From assembly GCA_963699755.1 (NCBI GenBank), contig CAVOVB010000001.1, positions 1,504,001 to 1,568,000 of the forward strand: 64,000 nt of DNA, read 5' to 3'. The DNA is from an uncultured delta proteobacterium. GTDB taxonomy: Bacteria; Myxococcota_A; Polyangia; Polyangiales; Houyiibacteriaceae. This document shows positions 62,011 to 64,000 of this stretch, piece after piece. Numbering within the stretch: the stretch's first letter is position 1; each line of letters opens with the position of its first letter. The notes below the pieces were generated by a model. The model searched no databases and was not told where the DNA came from. It saw nothing but the letters and a program-made list of their open reading frames with translations. The position numbers and the translations under genes were made by a program.

Positions 62011-62331
62011 CCAGCGCCAAGCTCACCGCGGCGCTTCTTGTCGCTCGATGGCGTGCTCGCTTTCCAAGCATTTTCTGCTCGCGCAACTTTTCGGGGGACA
62101 AAACCGATAACCATGTATGGGGGACACGCCCGACTCATATCAACCGCACGCGAGACCTTCTGATCAAGAAGCCCGAAGAACACCGGCTCTCGATTCGCCC
62201 CTGCTGACAAGAAATGAGGCGGCGGTATATTGTCGAATCTCTCTTCGGACATTCGATCGGCAAGTTGCTGCGAAAGTTCCTCGAGTGCGAATCGGTTGCC
62301 GTTGCTTGTATGACAGGAAAGATATCGATCG

Positions 62332-64000
<1,669 letters not shown>

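Overview
GC-rich bacterial DNA whose gene content (Cys-rich lipoproteins, gene families) suggests Myxococcota/Polyangia; this is inferred, not proven. About 1-23 kb is intact core-like sequence: a TatT/TRAP transporter, an ECF sigma/anti-sigma pair, an operon of fatty-acid-hydroxylase-rhodanese fusion / GH113 / sulfite oxidase-cytochrome c fusion / pdxH, a lipid-reduction cluster around gpsA, and hom. About 23-56 kb is a decaying accessory region with many internally deleted pseudogenes, IS3 and IS110 remnants, a cholesterol-dependent-cytolysin-like gene with a beta-propeller tail, and relics of an integrative mobilisable element (IME). About 56.2-63.5 kb is an apparently intact 7.2 kb IME (mobC, MOB_P relaxase, candidate oriT, cargo, toxin-antitoxin, xis, tyrosine integrase) inserted in tRNA-Leu(TAG). 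Its att site lies inside the integrase reading frame, so excision would swap an 18-aa tail for a 122-aa tail coupled to mobC-relaxase. A second, paralogous integrase converges on the same tRNA from the right. A ~63-bp dif-like motif recurs four times at module boundaries. All calls come from reading the sequence and recalled family motifs; no database searches were run.
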